Positions 25,560-37,486 of a stretch of 64,000 nt of DNA are shown here, one piece after another. The stretch comes from an uncultured Acidobacteriaceae bacterium (GTDB lineage Bacteria > Acidobacteriota > Terriglobia > Terriglobales > Acidobacteriaceae): NCBI GenBank assembly GCA_963833305.1, contig CAWHXN010000008.1, positions 171,572-235,571 of the forward strand, in the 5' to 3' direction. The translations under genes and the position numbers were made by a program. Below the pieces are notes generated by a model. That model saw only the letters and a program-made list of their open reading frames with translations, was not told the origin of the DNA and made no database searches. Every line of letters begins with the position of its first letter. Position 1 is the first letter of the stretch.

Positions 25560-27251
25560 CTATTCGTACTTCCAGTCCGGATCTTCCGGATGCTTCAAGT
25601 CCCACAGCGGACGCCGGCTGCGCACCACCGGAATGGTCGCAAAGTTATAGTCCGGCGGCGGCGATGTCGTTGCCCACTCCAGCGTCCATGCGTCCCAGGG
25701 ATCGTTGCCCGCTATCTTTCCCTTGTAATACGGCGAGATCACGTTCCACTACCCAGATCAGAATCCCCAGCGCCTGGAAAATCACGCCGATCGAAACGAT
25801 CAGGTTCCAGGTCTCCCATCCGCGCGCCGGCCTCATAGGTATAAATGCGGCGGGGCATGCCCAGCAGCCCGGGAATGTGCATGAAGTCGAACGTCAGATG
25901 AAAGCCGATGACGAACAGCCAGAAATGCCACTTGCCCAGGGTCTCGTTCAGCATCTTCCCGGTAACTTTGGGATACCAGTAGTAGACCCCGGCAAAGACC
26001 GCCATCACGATGCCGCCCAGGATCACATAATGAAAATGAGCTACCACAAAGTAGGAGTTGCCCAGCTGCCAGTCAAAAGGCGCCGCCGACAGCATGATGC
26101 CGGTCAGTCCCGCAATCAGGAACTGGCAGAGGAATCCCACGCAGAACAGCATCGCCACCGTGTAGCGGATTTTTCCGCCCCACATGGTGCCCAGCCAGTT
26201 AAAGATTTTTATCCCCGTCGGTACCGCAATCGCCGCAGTGGAAGCCACAAAGAACGCGTTGCGCGTACGAGGTCATCCCGATGGTGAACATATGGTGCGC
26301 CCACACGCTCAGGCTGATGAAGCCGATGGCCACCGTCGCCGCCACCATGATGTTGTAGCCAAAGATCGGCTTGCGCGAAAAAACCGGGATCACTTCGGAA
26401 ACGATGGCGAATGCCGGCAGCACCAGGATGTAAACCTCGGGATGTCCGAAGATCCAGAAGAAGTGCATCCAGATGACGGCCGAGCCGCCGGCCTGGGTGT
26501 CGAAGAAATGGCCGCCCAGATAGCGGTCGATCAGCAGCATGATCTGCGCCGCGGTCAACGGGCCGATCGCCACAAGCACCAGCACTGCCATCACGCTGTT
26601 CATCCAGGCGAACAGCGGCATGCGATTCAGCGTCATGCCCGGACAGCGCATGCACAGAATGGTGGTCAGAATATTCAACGCCGTACCGATGCTGCCAAAG
26701 CCGCTCACCAGCATGCCGATGATCCAGTAGTCGGTGCTGTGTCCCACCGAAAATGCCGGAGACGTCAGCGGGGCGTAGGCGAACCAGCCTACGTCAGGCG
26801 CGGTGCCGGCGCCGTACAGGCCGCTGCCGCCGACAAAACTGAAGTACAGGATGATGCCGCCCAAAGCGCTCATCCAGAAGCTCCACGCGTTCAAGCGAGG
26901 AAATGCCATGTCGCGCGCGCCGATCATCAGCGGCATCAGGTAATTGGCGAATCCAAAAACGATCGGCATGGCAGCGAAGAAAATCATGGTCGTGCCATGC
27001 ATGGTGAACAACCGGTTGAAAGTCTCCGGCGAGACCAGATGGTTGTTGGCCACCGCCAGCTGCGCGCGCATGATCGAGGCTTCCACGCCGCCGATCACCA
27101 GGAACAGGATGCCGTAGGAGAAATACATCACCCCGAGCCGCTTGTGATCGACGGTGACGATCCAGTCGTGCAGCACCTGGACCAGCGGACGCGAACCTTC
27201 CCGCTCCGGCGAAACCACCAGCGGCCGCGACATCGGCTCGGCATGCGACAT
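25560..27251 (-). CDS. ctaD: cytochrome c oxidase subunit I (haem-copper oxidase), frame-disrupted as given
   Basis: '[14 protein letters not shown]', '[21 protein letters not shown]', '[10 protein letters not shown]', 'HFHYVILGG' and '[17 protein letters not shown]' are split over four track ORFs. Shifts lie near 26245, 25825 and 25745. Confidence 0.9.
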
Positions 27252-27267
27252 CAGCTTCTCCTGGCTC

Positions 27268-28376
27268 CTATTGCAGGCTCATCAGATACGCTACCAGCGC
27301 ATCCACGTCCCGGTCTTCCAATTGCATCGCCGGCATCAGGGCACCGGGCTTGATCGCGTCCGGTTCTTTTATCCACAGCCGCAGATTGTCTTGCGTATTC
27401 GTCGCCGCGCCGGCGGCTATCGTGCTGCGGCTCATCAGGTGCGTCAGGTCGGGACCGAACTTGCCATTCGCTGCCGTCCCGGAAACCGTGTGGCAGTTGA
27501 CGCAGGCGTTCGACTCAAACACCTGCCGCCCGGCTGCTACCTGCCCGGATACCATTGCCGGACTCTTCTGCTGCTGCGTCCAGCGCTCGAAATCTTCCGG
27601 CGATTGCACGTCGACGGTCAGCAGCATCTTGGCGTGCTGCTACACCGCAGTACTGAGCGCATTGCCCGACGTAGGTTCCGGTCTCATGAGGATCGACCCA
27701 CATCTCGTTCCTGCGGTTCGGAATCAGATCGGTCTTTGCCCGCCAACTGCGGTACCCAGAAACTATGATCGGTATCGGCCGAAAGCAGCGTGATGTGCGT
27801 CGGCCGGGGATGACTGGGATCGCTCACCGGAACATGCAGTTCATTGGCGGTGATGAAACCGTACCCGGGATATTGAAACTCCCACCAGAACTGATGACCG
27901 ACCGCCGTGACTTCGATTGCGTCCGGAGGAAAACGTGCATCCTCCACCGCGTGAATCACGCGCGCCGCTGCCAGAAACAGCACCACGACGATCAGGATGG
28001 GGATCACGGTCCAGGCCAGCTCCACCTGGTTGCTGCCATAAATCTGCGGCGGCTCGCGCCCATCATCGGAAACTCGCGAGCGGAACTTCACCGCGGCGTA
28101 CACGATCAGACTGAACACCACCAGAAAAATTCCCAGACAGATCGCGATCACGAAGAGCGACAGATGATAGATGTCGTGGGCAGGGGTGGAGTCGGGACTG
28201 AAGATCGACGGCGTTGAAGAAGGGCCGCCTGAACTCATCGCGCTGCAGGCGACCGTAAGAACCGACAGCAGCACCAGCAACGTCAGGCAGCGCCAGATGC
28301 ACCCGGCCTGGGCAGGCAAACTCTCTGAGTGCCATCTCGAACTTTGTCTTCCGTGACTGGAGGATCGTAAGTACAT
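27268..28376 (-). CDS. ctaC: cytochrome c oxidase subunit II with C-terminal cytochrome c domain (caa3-type), frame-disrupted as given
   Basis: Two TM helices, 'HSFWVPQLAGK', CuA motif 'GQCAQYCGV', then 'CVNCH'. Pieces are 27684..28376, 27515..27703 and 27268..27627, with shifts near 27730 and 27635. Confidence 0.85.
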
Positions 28377-29100
28377 GGGACCGGAAAACGGATAACGGAC
28401 GGCTAAGACTATGGGCTACATTGAATTCTCAAGTTTGGTTCAACTGGGCCACGCCTCCACCAGGGCGGCCGGTGCGCAGGCGCGTGGAAGTCCAACAGCT
28501 ATCGCATACTAAAGACCGAAATTCTCAGCCGAACTCCGCGAGAAGCCCACCCAGCTCCTAGGTTCGACGCCCACACTACTGCCTCAGAAAGTAGAGAATG
28601 TTTCGCTTTATACCTTCCTGGAGACAGATTTGCAATAGTTCATTTACAGCCGCGAGCGAAACTCGAGTGCCGCTCCTGCTGCGATGCGTGAAATGCCGCA
28701 ACCCTCCCTTTAGGCTGCTCAACGCATCGCTCATCTCCGGATAGATCTCGAGTTTCTTCGTATGTAAACGAACGGTAAATTGTTTGCCCCACAACGTGTC
28801 GTATCCGAAACTTGCGAGGCTTTCGGAAGTTGTTTCCTTCCCGGCGGCTTTGGGTTAGAATGTGCCGCACTTCATATCAGCACCATTGGCTTCACTGCTC
28901 AATCGAGCTGCTTAAGCAGACGAGCGACGTCTCGTTACGGCCTCGTTCAACCACTCATACCAGATCGTAAAGAGTGATTAGGTCTTGGATCATCGGCAGA
29001 CATTCCCGGAAGTAAACAGGCGTTGCTCGTCGGCGGAGCCTTCGCAGCTGACTGTGACGCTGTTAAAGTCCCTGGGCAATTTAGATGAGGAGTTCGGGCT

Positions 29101-31203
29101 ATGATTCCTAAGCAAGCACGTGCGACTTCTGACAACGATACCAACATCGATCAACTGGCAATCAATACCATTCGCACGCTTGCCATTGACGGCGTGCAGA
29201 AGGCCAACTCTGGCCATCCCGGCACACCTCTGGGAGCGGCGCCCACCGCTTACACATTATGGCAGCGCGTTTTACGCTACGACCCGCAGCAACCGGCATG
29301 GCCCAATCGCGACCGCTTTGTTCTCTCCAGCGGCCACGCTTCCATTCTGCTCTATTCGCTGATCCATCTGGCTGGGATCAAGGCCGACAAGCCTAGTTAC
29401 AAAGACCTCGACCGGCTGGCCGTTACGCTCGACGACATCAAAACTTTTCGCCAGGAGGGCAGCCGTTGCCCTGGGCATCCTGAATATGGCTGGACGTCAG
29501 GCGTGGAAAGCACGACCGGCCCGTTGGGACAGGGCGTATCGACCAGCGTCGGCATGGCGATTGCCGGAGCGTGGCTGGCGGCAACTTACAATCGTCCCGA
29601 CTACGAACTCTTCGATTTCAATGTCTACGCTCTATGCGGTGACGGAGACATGATGGAAGGCATCTCCAGCGAAGCCGCATCGCTGGCCGGCCATCTCAAG
29701 CTTCCTAACCTCTGCTGGCTTTACGACAGCAACAAGGTCACCATCGAAGGCCATACCGACCTGGCCTTCACCGAAGATGTCGCCTCGCGTTTTATGGCCT
29801 ACGGCTGGGAGGTCACACGGGTCAGCGATCCCAACGACACCGAGTTGGTGGAGCGGGCGCTGAAGAAGTTTCAGGCCACCAAAGACCGCCCCACCATGAT
29901 CATCGTCCACAGCCATATCGGGTACGGAGCTCCGCATAAGCAAGACACCGCCGCGGCCCACGGAGAGCCCTTAGGCCCCGAGGAAGTGCGTCTCACCAAG
30001 GAGTTTTTTGGATTCTCTCCGGATCAATCCTTCGTTGTCCCTCCCAGTGTGCGCGAACACTTCGCCGCCAAGATGGGCGCGCGCGGTTCCGGCCTGCGCA
30101 AAGACTGGGACGCAATGTTCGCCCGCTACAAGGCGCAATATCCGGACCTAGCCGACAATCTCGAGCGCATGAAAACTCGCGATCTGCCGCCCGACTGGCA
30201 AAAGGCTCTGCCGACTTTCCCAGCGAGCGCCAGCGGCATGTCGACGCGCGATGCTTCCGGCAAGGTCCTGAATGCCGTGGCTCAGAAAGTTCCTTACATC
30301 CTCGGCGGCGCAGCCGACTTGTATCCCAGCACCAAGACGCGTCTGGAGTTCGAGTTTGCCGGTGACTTCCAGCCCAAGAGCGAACTGGGGGATTACAAGG
30401 GCCGCAACTTTCACTTCGGCATTCGCGAGCATGCCATGTGCGCCATCGTTAACGGGATGGTGCTCACCGGACTTCGCGCCTTCGGTTCCGGCTTCCTTAT
30501 CTTCACTGACTATGCACGCGGGGCAATTCGCCTCTCCTCGTTGATGGACATTCCCGCGCTTCATATCTGGACGCACGACACTATCAGCCTGGGCGAAGAC
30601 GGCCCTACACATCAGCCAATCGAGCAGTTAGTTTCGTTGCGGGCCGTGCCCGGCATGATCGTGATTCGTCCCGCCGACGCCAACGAAATGGTCGAAGCCT
30701 ATCGCGTCGCGCTGTCTTCGAAAGAGCGTCCGGTAGAACTCATCTGCAGCCGCCAAGCGCTGCCCATCTATGATCGCGGCAAATTCGCACCTGCCAGCGG
30801 GCTGGCAAAAGGAGCTTACGTGATGGCCGATGCTCCCGACGGCAAGCCGGATGTCATCCTGATTGGCTGTGGCAGCGAGGTGGCACTCTGCGTGCAAGCT
30901 TGGGAACAATTGACCTCGCAGGGCATCAGGGCTCGCGTCGTCAGCATGCCGTCGTGGGCTTTGTTCGACGCGCAAGATCAGGCTTATCGCGACAGTGTGC
31001 TGCTTCCGTCAGTCGGTGCGCGCGTGACCGTGGAAGAAGCTTCACCGATCGGATGGGACCGCTATGCTGGTCGCACCGGTGTGGTGCTGGGCATGCGCAC
31101 TTTCGGTATGTCTGCGCCGATGAAGGTCGTGATGGAACATTTTGGATTCACCGTCGAACACGTGGTCGCGGCCGCAAAAGAGGCGATGGCTAATTCGAAG
31201 TAA
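29101..31203 (+). CDS. tkt: transketolase
   Basis: 700 aa, intact. 'KANSGHPGTPLGAAP', 'LCGDGDMMEG' and 'HDTISLGEDGPTHQPIEQL'. Confidence 0.95.
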   Translation: MIPKQARATSDNDTNIDQLAINTIRTLAIDGVQKANSGHPGTPLGAAPTAYTLWQRVLRYDPQQPAWPNRDRFVLSSGHASILLYSLIHLAGIKADKPSYKDLDRLAVTLDDIKTFRQEGSRCPGHPEYGWTSGVESTTGPLGQGVSTSVGMAIAGAWLAATYNRPDYELFDFNVYALCGDGDMMEGISSEAASLAGHLKLPNLCWLYDSNKVTIEGHTDLAFTEDVASRFMAYGWEVTRVSDPNDTELVERALKKFQATKDRPTMIIVHSHIGYGAPHKQDTAAAHGEPLGPEEVRLTKEFFGFSPDQSFVVPPSVREHFAAKMGARGSGLRKDWDAMFARYKAQYPDLADNLERMKTRDLPPDWQKALPTFPASASGMSTRDASGKVLNAVAQKVPYILGGAADLYPSTKTRLEFEFAGDFQPKSELGDYKGRNFHFGIREHAMCAIVNGMVLTGLRAFGSGFLIFTDYARGAIRLSSLMDIPALHIWTHDTISLGEDGPTHQPIEQLVSLRAVPGMIVIRPADANEMVEAYRVALSSKERPVELICSRQALPIYDRGKFAPASGLAKGAYVMADAPDGKPDVILIGCGSEVALCVQAWEQLTSQGIRARVVSMPSWALFDAQDQAYRDSVLLPSVGARVTVEEASPIGWDRYAGRTGVVLGMRTFGMSAPMKVVMEHFGFTVEHVVAAAKEAMANSK

Positions 31204-31245
31204 TGAAGTGATATAGGATTCTTTCCTCATGCACTTCGCTCTTTG

Positions 31246-31280
31246 TTGTCATCACGAGCGAAGCGAGGGATCTGCTTTTC
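31246..31280. repeat. REP-like intergenic element, copy 3 (short form)
   Basis: 'ttgtcatcacgagcgaagcgagggatctgcttttc' between tkt and gnd. It accounts for the spurious N-terminal extension of the 31243 ORF. Confidence 0.8.
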
Positions 31281-31317
31281 GATGCTTTGGGCAGAGGTTC
31301 TTAAGCAAGGAGAAACA

Positions 31318-32346
31318 ATGCAACTCGGAATGATTGGTTTAGGTCGCATGGGTTCCTACATGGTGCAGCGCCTGATGAAGGCTGGGCACGAGTGCGTTGT
31401 CTACGATTCACATGCTGAGCCGCGGCAGGAACTGGCCGCCAAGGGCGCCAAGCCGGCTGCCACATTGTCAGAGTTCGTGCAGAAGCTGACCAAGCCGCGG
31501 GCGATTTGGCTTATGGTGCCGGCGGCCGTGGTCGATCCCGTCCTCGCGTCGCTTAAGCCGTTGCTGCAGTCCGGCGACATCGTCATCGACGGCGGCAATT
31601 CCTACTACATCGACGACATCCGGCGTGCGGCCGAGCTGAAAGCCCAGGGCATTAACTACGTCGATTGCGGCACCAGCGGCGGCGTCTGGGGCCTGGACCG
31701 CGGATATTGCCTGATGATCGGCGGCGACGAAGCGGTGGTGAAGCATCTCGATCCCATCTTTCTGGCGCTCGCGCCCGGCGTTGCATCGGCGCCCCGTACG
31801 CCTGGCGCTACGGGAACTCCATCAGCTGCCGAGCAGGGTTACCTTCGTTGCGGATCCAACGGAGCCGGCCACTTCGTCAAAATGGTGCACAACGGAATCG
31901 AATACGGCCTGATGGCTGCCTTCGCCGAGGGACTGAACATCATCCACAGTGCGAATGCCGGCAAAGTGAAACAGGAAGTGGATGCTGAAACTACACCGCT
32001 CCGCCATCCCGAGCTCTATCAGTTCGACATCAACATTGCCGAAGTTGCCGAAGTCTGGCGTCGCGGCAGCGTAGTTGGGTCCTGGCTGCTCGATCTAACC
32101 GCCCAGGCCTTGCGCGAGAGTCCTGAGCTGTCGAACTTCGCCGGCCGCGTGTCCGACTCCGGCGAAGGACGCTGGACTCTCCAAGCCGCCATCGACGAGG
32201 GCATCCCTGCACCGGTCATCAGCGCCGCGCTCTTCACCCGCTTCGCCTCTCGCGGCAACGAAGAATTTGCCGACAAACTGATGTCTGCCATGCGTTACGA
32301 ATTCGGCGGTCATCTGGAGAAGCAGGCCAAGGCGGGGGGACAATAA
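31318..32346 (+). CDS. gnd: 6-phosphogluconate dehydrogenase (decarboxylating), short GntZ/YqeC-like form
   Basis: ATG 31318 behind AAGGAG. 'MQLGMIGLGRMGSYM' (GxGxxG), 'DGGNSYY' and 'GAGHFVKMVHNGIEYG'. Confidence 0.85.
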   Translation: MQLGMIGLGRMGSYMVQRLMKAGHECVVYDSHAEPRQELAAKGAKPAATLSEFVQKLTKPRAIWLMVPAAVVDPVLASLKPLLQSGDIVIDGGNSYYIDDIRRAAELKAQGINYVDCGTSGGVWGLDRGYCLMIGGDEAVVKHLDPIFLALAPGVASAPRTPGATGTPSAAEQGYLRCGSNGAGHFVKMVHNGIEYGLMAAFAEGLNIIHSANAGKVKQEVDAETTPLRHPELYQFDINIAEVAEVWRRGSVVGSWLLDLTAQALRESPELSNFAGRVSDSGEGRWTLQAAIDEGIPAPVISAALFTRFASRGNEEFADKLMSAMRYEFGGHLEKQAKAGGQ

Positions 32347-33765
32347 TGCCGAAAGAAATGTCTGATGCCTTTGTATTCTTTGGCGCCACCGGCGACCTAG
32401 CCTACAAACAGATTTTCCCATCGCTGCAAGACTTGATTCGCGACGAGGGATTCAACGTTCCTATCATCGGCGTTGCCAAAGCCGGCTGGACCCTGGACCA
32501 GCTTAAAGAGCGCGCCAAAGAGAGCCTGGAAGAGCACGGCGGTCTGGAGCAGGCTCCTTTTGAGAAGCTCGTCAGTTTGCTGCGCTATGTCGACGGCGAC
32601 TACGACGATGCGGCAACTTTCACCGAACTGCGCAAGCAACTGGGCGAGGCTCAAGCGTCCGCTGCATTATCTGGCCGTGCCTCCCAGCCTGTTCGGCACG
32701 GTGGCCGAAGGCCTTGCAAAATCCGGTTGCGCCACCAACGCACGGGTCGTCGTCGAGAAGCCTTTCGGTCACAATCTGCCCAGCGCCGAAGAGCTCAATC
32801 GCATTCTGCATAAGTTCTTTCCCGAAGAGAACATCTATCGCATCGATCACTATCTCGGCAAAGAGCCGGTGCAGAACATTCTGTACACTCGCTTCGCCAA
32901 TCCCGTCTTCGAGCCCATCTGGAATCGTCGAATACGTGCGCTGCATTCAGATCACGATGGCGGAAAACTTCGGTGTGAGCGACCGCGGCAAGTTTTACGA
33001 CGAGACCGGCGCGCTGCGCGACGTGGTGCAGAACCATATGCTGCAGGTACTGGGCAATCTCACCATGGATCCGCCCACCGGCGAGGATCACGAGGCCGAG
33101 CGCGATCAGAAGGCGGCGCTGCTCAAAGCGGTGCGCCCGCTCAAAGCCGGACGACGTGGTGCGCGGACAGTACAACGGTTACAAGAAGGTCGCGGGCGTC
33201 GCGCCCGGTTCCACCGTCGAAACCTTTATCGCGATCAAGCTGTTCATCGATACCTGGCGCTGGGCTGGCGTTCCGATTTACATTCGTGCCGGAAAGATGA
33301 TGCCGGTCACCTGCATGGAGGCGGTCGTCGAATTCAAGCGTCCGCCGCGGGAAACTTTCCACGAAATCGTGCCCGTCGCGCTCATCGCACATGCGGATGC
33401 GCGTCAGCCCCGACATCAGCATCTGGCTTCGGCGTTCGCGTCAAGGTTCCAGGCGAGCGCATGGTTGGCGAGGATGTCGAGCTGAAGTTGAAGAGCCATG
33501 CCGCCGCCGAGATGCCACCGTACCAGCGACTGTTGGGCGACGCCATGCGCGGCAACGGCGAGCTTTTCGCCCGTCAGGATCTGGTGGAAGCGCAGTGGCG
33601 CATCGTGCAGCCGATTCTCGGCAATGTCACGCCCGTTTACAGCTACGAGCCGGGCACTTGGGGCCCCGACGAAGCGAATCAACTCATCGGCGCGGATGGG
33701 CCGTGGATCAATCCCACCGTGCCGACTCGAAGAAGAGGACAAATCGATCGCAGCGCAGAGACTGA
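32346..33765 (+). CDS. zwf: glucose-6-phosphate 1-dehydrogenase, frame-disrupted as given
   Basis: '[19 protein letters not shown]', '[14 protein letters not shown]', 'ITMAENFGV', 'DVVQNHMLQ', 'VRGQYNGY' and '[14 protein letters not shown]' are spread over at least three frames. Shifts lie near 32640, 32930, 33150 and 33390. The 3' end is uncertain, near the TGATG at 33763-33767. Confidence 0.85.
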
Positions 33766-34426
33766 TGTTGGTGTTTTCTGTTCGACGTCGACAACACGCT
33801 GCTCGACAACGATCGTCTGCAAAACGATTTGTTTCAGCATCTGGAGCGCGAGTTCGGCGCCAAAGCCCGCGAGCCGCTACCTGGCAATCTTCGAGGAGCT
33901 GCGCGGCAGTTGGGTTACGCCGATTATCTGGGCGCGCTGGAGCGCTACCGGATCGAGAACATTGCACGATCCTCGTCTGCTGCGCATGGCGAATTGGCTG
34001 GTCGATTACCCGTTCGCCGCGCGGCTCTATCCGGGCGCGCTCGATGTCGTCAAACGGGTGAAGCGCTGGGGCAAGGTGGCCATCCTGTCCGACGGCGACG
34101 CTGTGTTTCAGCCGCGCAAGGTGGAACGCTCCGGACTGTGGAAGGCTTTTGGCGGACACGTGCTGATCTACATTCACAAAGAGCAGGAGCTGGCCGGCGT
34201 GGAAAAGTTTTATCCTGCTCAGCATTACGTCATGGTCGACGACAAGCTGCGCATCCTGCAGGCGATCAAAGATGTCTGGAAGGATCGCGTCACCACTGTA
34301 TTTCCGCGGCAGGGTCACTACGCCAAAGACAAGAAGGCCATTGCGCAGTATCGCCCGGCTGACATCAGCATCGAGCGCATCGCCGATTTGCTCGAACATA
34401 AACGAAATGAATTCATGGCCGCATAA
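33765..34426 (+). CDS. HAD-superfamily hydrolase, frame-disrupted as given
   Basis: ATG 33765, then 'VFLFDVDNTLLDN' (DxDxT) only if one T is removed from the T4 run 33774-33777. Later segments 'RYLAIFEELR', 'LGYADYLGALERYR' and 'WLVDYPFAARLYPGALDVV...ILSDGD...VMVDDK' alternate between two frames. Confidence 0.65.
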
Positions 34427-34441
34427 GGCGGAGGTATTCCA

Positions 34442-35518
34442 ATGAAAGCCACGCAACAACTACACGATCTCGGTCAGAGCCTGTGGCTCGACAACATCAC
34501 CCGCGACCTGCTCGACAGCGGCACGCTGAAGCGTTACATCGACGAACTCTCGGTCACCGGCTTGACCTCGAACCCGACCATCTTCGATCACGCCATTACC
34601 CACAGCAATTCCTACGACGACGAGATCGGCCGCCTCATGGCAAGCGGCATTTCGGGCGAGGACGCTTTCTTCGAGCTGGCGATCGAGGACTTGCGCCGCG
34701 CGGCCGACTTGTTCGCTCCCATCCACCAGCGGACCTCAACCGTCGACGGCTGGGTGTCGCTGGAGGTTTCGCCGCTGCTCGCCTACGACGCCAAGACGAC
34801 GGTCGAAGTGGCGAAGACGCTGCACCAGAAGGCCGCCCGCCCCAATCTGTTCATCAAGATTCCCGGCACTCCAGAAGGACGAACCGCCATCGAGGAAGCA
34901 ATCTTTGCCGGCGTCTCGGTCAACGTCACCCTGCTGTTCAGCCGCGAGCATTATCTGGGCGCGGCTGAAGCTTACATGCGCGGACTGGAGCGGCGCGTCG
35001 AAGCCGGTCTCAGCCCCGATGTGCGCTCGGTCGCATCGCTGTTCGTCAGCCGCTGGGACAAGGCGACGATGGACAAGGTGCCTGCCGATCTGCGCGACAA
35101 ACTCGGCCCGGCCATCGGTCAGCAGGCCTACAAGGCCTACCGCGACGTGCTGGATTCCGATCGCTGGCAGCGTCTGGAGAACCTGGGCGCTCGAGCGCAG
35201 CGCCTGCTTTTTGCCAGCACCGGCACCAAAGATCCCAAGGCTTCCGACGTGCTTTACATCGGCGCGCTGGCTGCGCCGAACACGGTCAACACCATGCCCG
35301 AGGAAACGCTGCTGGCGTTTGGACGAGCATGGCAGTGTCGCCAAGCCCGTTCCTCGCGACGGCGGAGATTGCGAACAGGTTCTGGCGGCCTTCACCAAGG
35401 CTGGGATTGATTTGCGAAGCTTGCTGCTGATTTGCAATCCGAAGGCGCAAAGTCGTTCGACGACTCCTGGGAGGATCTGTTGAAGTCGATCGAGACCAAG
35501 AGCAAAGCGTTGAAGTAG
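34442..35518 (+). CDS. tal: transaldolase (long form), frame-disrupted near the 3' end
   Basis: '[15 protein letters not shown]', 'VSLEVSP', 'IKIPGTPEG'. The C-terminal '[30 protein letters not shown]' and '...[14 protein letters not shown]' are in other frames, with shifts near 35320 and 35405. Confidence 0.9.
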
Positions 35519-35706
35519 CAGGCTTACTGGGTTGTTGCATGCCGAGCGTTTCTCCTGGCGACGCGCCACCGCAAACTGCGACTAGAGCTTTGCTCGGGGA
35601 TCTCCCCGGTAGAAACGGAAGTCCAGATTCACTGTATTTAGCCGCAAAGCGGCGACATTTGCTATCACCAACATTTTATAGGGACGACATATTAGGAGAT
35701 CGGAAA

Positions 35707-37360
35707 ATGGCGGAAGCCAAATTGACCACCCTGCGACCTATCGATACCCCAGCCTGGAAAGCCCTCCAGGCGCACTACGAAAAAATCAAGGACGCTCATC
35801 TCCGGCAGCTGTTTGCCGATGACCCACAACGTGGGACACGCCTCACTGCCGAAGGCGCCGGCCTCTACCTGGATTATTCCAAGAACCGCGTTACCGACGA
35901 AACCATGCGCCTGCTGGTTCAGCTTGCGCGCGAGCGCGGCGTGGAAGAGCGCCGCGACGCCATGTTCCGCGGCGAGAAGATCAACATTACCGAGAAGCGC
36001 GCCGTGTTGCACGTCGCGTTGCGCGCTCCCCGCGGCACGAAGATTGAAGTCGACGGCAAAGATGTTGTGCCCGACGTGCATGCCGTACTCGACAAGATGG
36101 CCGCGTTTTCCAATCGCGTGCGCAGCGGCGAATGGAAGGGTCACACCGGCAAGCCTATCAAGAACGTGATCAATATCGGCATCGGCGGATCGTATCTCGG
36201 GCCGGAGATGGCCTATATCGCCCTGCGCGACTTTACCGATCCGAAGATGACATTCCGCTTTGTCGCCAACGTCGATGGCGCGGCCTTTACCGATGCGACC
36301 CACGATCTCGATCCTGCCGAAACGCTCTTCATCCTGTCTTCCAAAACCTTCACCACGCTCGAGACCATGACCAACGCGGCCACCGCGCGCAAGTGGATCG
36401 TGGACTCGCTGAAGAACGACTCGGCCGTGGCCAAGCATTTTGTGGCGGTATCGACCAACGCCGAAGGCGTCGCCAAGTTCGGCATCGATACTGCCAACAT
36501 GTTCGGCTTCTGGGATTGGGTCGGCGGACGCTACTCCATGGATTCGGCGATCGGCCTCTCCACCATGATTGCCGTCGGCCCCAAGAACTACGAAGAACTG
36601 CTCGCCGGCTTCCACGACATGGACGAGCATTTCCGCACCACGCCGCTGGAGAAGAACCTGCCCGCGCTGATGGGACTTCTGACAGTGTGGTACAACAACT
36701 TTTTCGGCGCGCAGACCGTCGGCATCATGCCCTACGCCGACAACATGAAACGCTTTCCCGCCTACCTGCAGCAGTTGCAGATGGAGAGCAACGGCAAGCA
36801 CGTCGATCTGGAAGGCAATCATGTCGACTGGCAGACTGGACCTATCATCTGGGGCGAGCCCGGCACCGATGGCCAGCATTCGTTCTATCAACTGATCCAC
36901 CAGGGCACGAAGCTGATCCCGTGCGACTTCATCGGCTTCTGCCAGCCGCTGAGCCCGCTCACCGAGATGCACGATTATCTGATGTCCAACGTTTTCGCGC
37001 AGGCGGAGGCGCTGGCATTCGGCAAGACTGCCGAGGAGCTCAAGGCGGAAGGCTCGCCTGACTTCCAGACGCCGTTCCGGGTTTGCGAAGGTAATCGTCC
37101 CACCAACACCATCCTGGCCGACAAGCTGACACCGCGCACGCTGGGCACGCTGGTCGCGCTGTATGAGCACAATGTGTTCACCCAGGGCGCGGTCTGGAAT
37201 ATCGATTCCTTCGATCAGTGGGGCGTGGAGTTGGGCAAGGTGCTGGCGAAGCGCATCATTCCCGAGCTGGAGAGCGACGTCCGCTCCGCCGTTAAAGCAC
37301 GACAGCTCGACGAACACGCTGATCAGCCGCTATCGCAAATCGCTCGGCAGGAAGAACTGA
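35707..37360 (+). CDS. pgi: glucose-6-phosphate isomerase, one frame disruption near the 3' end
   Basis: ATG 35707 behind AGGAG. '[10 protein letters not shown]', 'SKTFTTLET', 'MESNGK' and '[18 protein letters not shown]'. The terminal '[14 protein letters not shown]' is in the 37163..37360 frame, with a shift near 37285. Confidence 0.9.
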
Positions 37361-37387
37361 GGGTTGAAGGCTGTACGCCCGTTTCTG

Positions 37388-37475
37388 TTGTCATCCTGAG
37401 CGGAGCGCCCACTTTGCTTTTCGACCCGCGGTTTTTGCGGTTCGGTGGGCGCGCAGTCGAAGGATCTGCGGTTTC
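37388..37475. repeat. REP-like intergenic element, copy 4 (long form with inserted hairpin)
   Basis: 'ttgtcatcctgagcggagcgccc...ggtgggcgcgcagtcgaaggatctgcggtttcc'. Same termini as the other copies, with an extra internal palindrome. Confidence 0.7.
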
Positions 37476-37486
37476 CGAAGTAAAGT

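Noticed and set aside
26184-27353. 389-aa plus-strand ORF, plus similar long antisense ORFs at 35692..37317, 42543..43664, 53473..54753, 59867..61072 and 61991..63061
   Set aside because: All are antisense to strongly supported genes (coxI, pgi, carboxylase, synthase, ACAD/etfA, Fe-S oxidoreductase) and have His/Arg/Gly/Asp-rich nonsense composition.
28377-29100. Small ORFs (28576..28794, 28640..28870, 28780..28977, 28947..29147, 28990..29217) and a 'GGTTCGACGCC' T-loop-like string near 28565 in the 724-bp coxII/tkt divergent gap
   Set aside because: The ORFs overlap each other and lack RBS or family signals. I could fold no cloverleaf or acceptor stem around the T-loop-like string. I treat the region as a divergent promoter region.
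32714-34426. 570-aa ORF taken as one protein
   Set aside because: A chimera of zwf segments, off-frame stretches and the 3' half of the HAD hydrolase gene. It arises because frame errors remove the expected stops.
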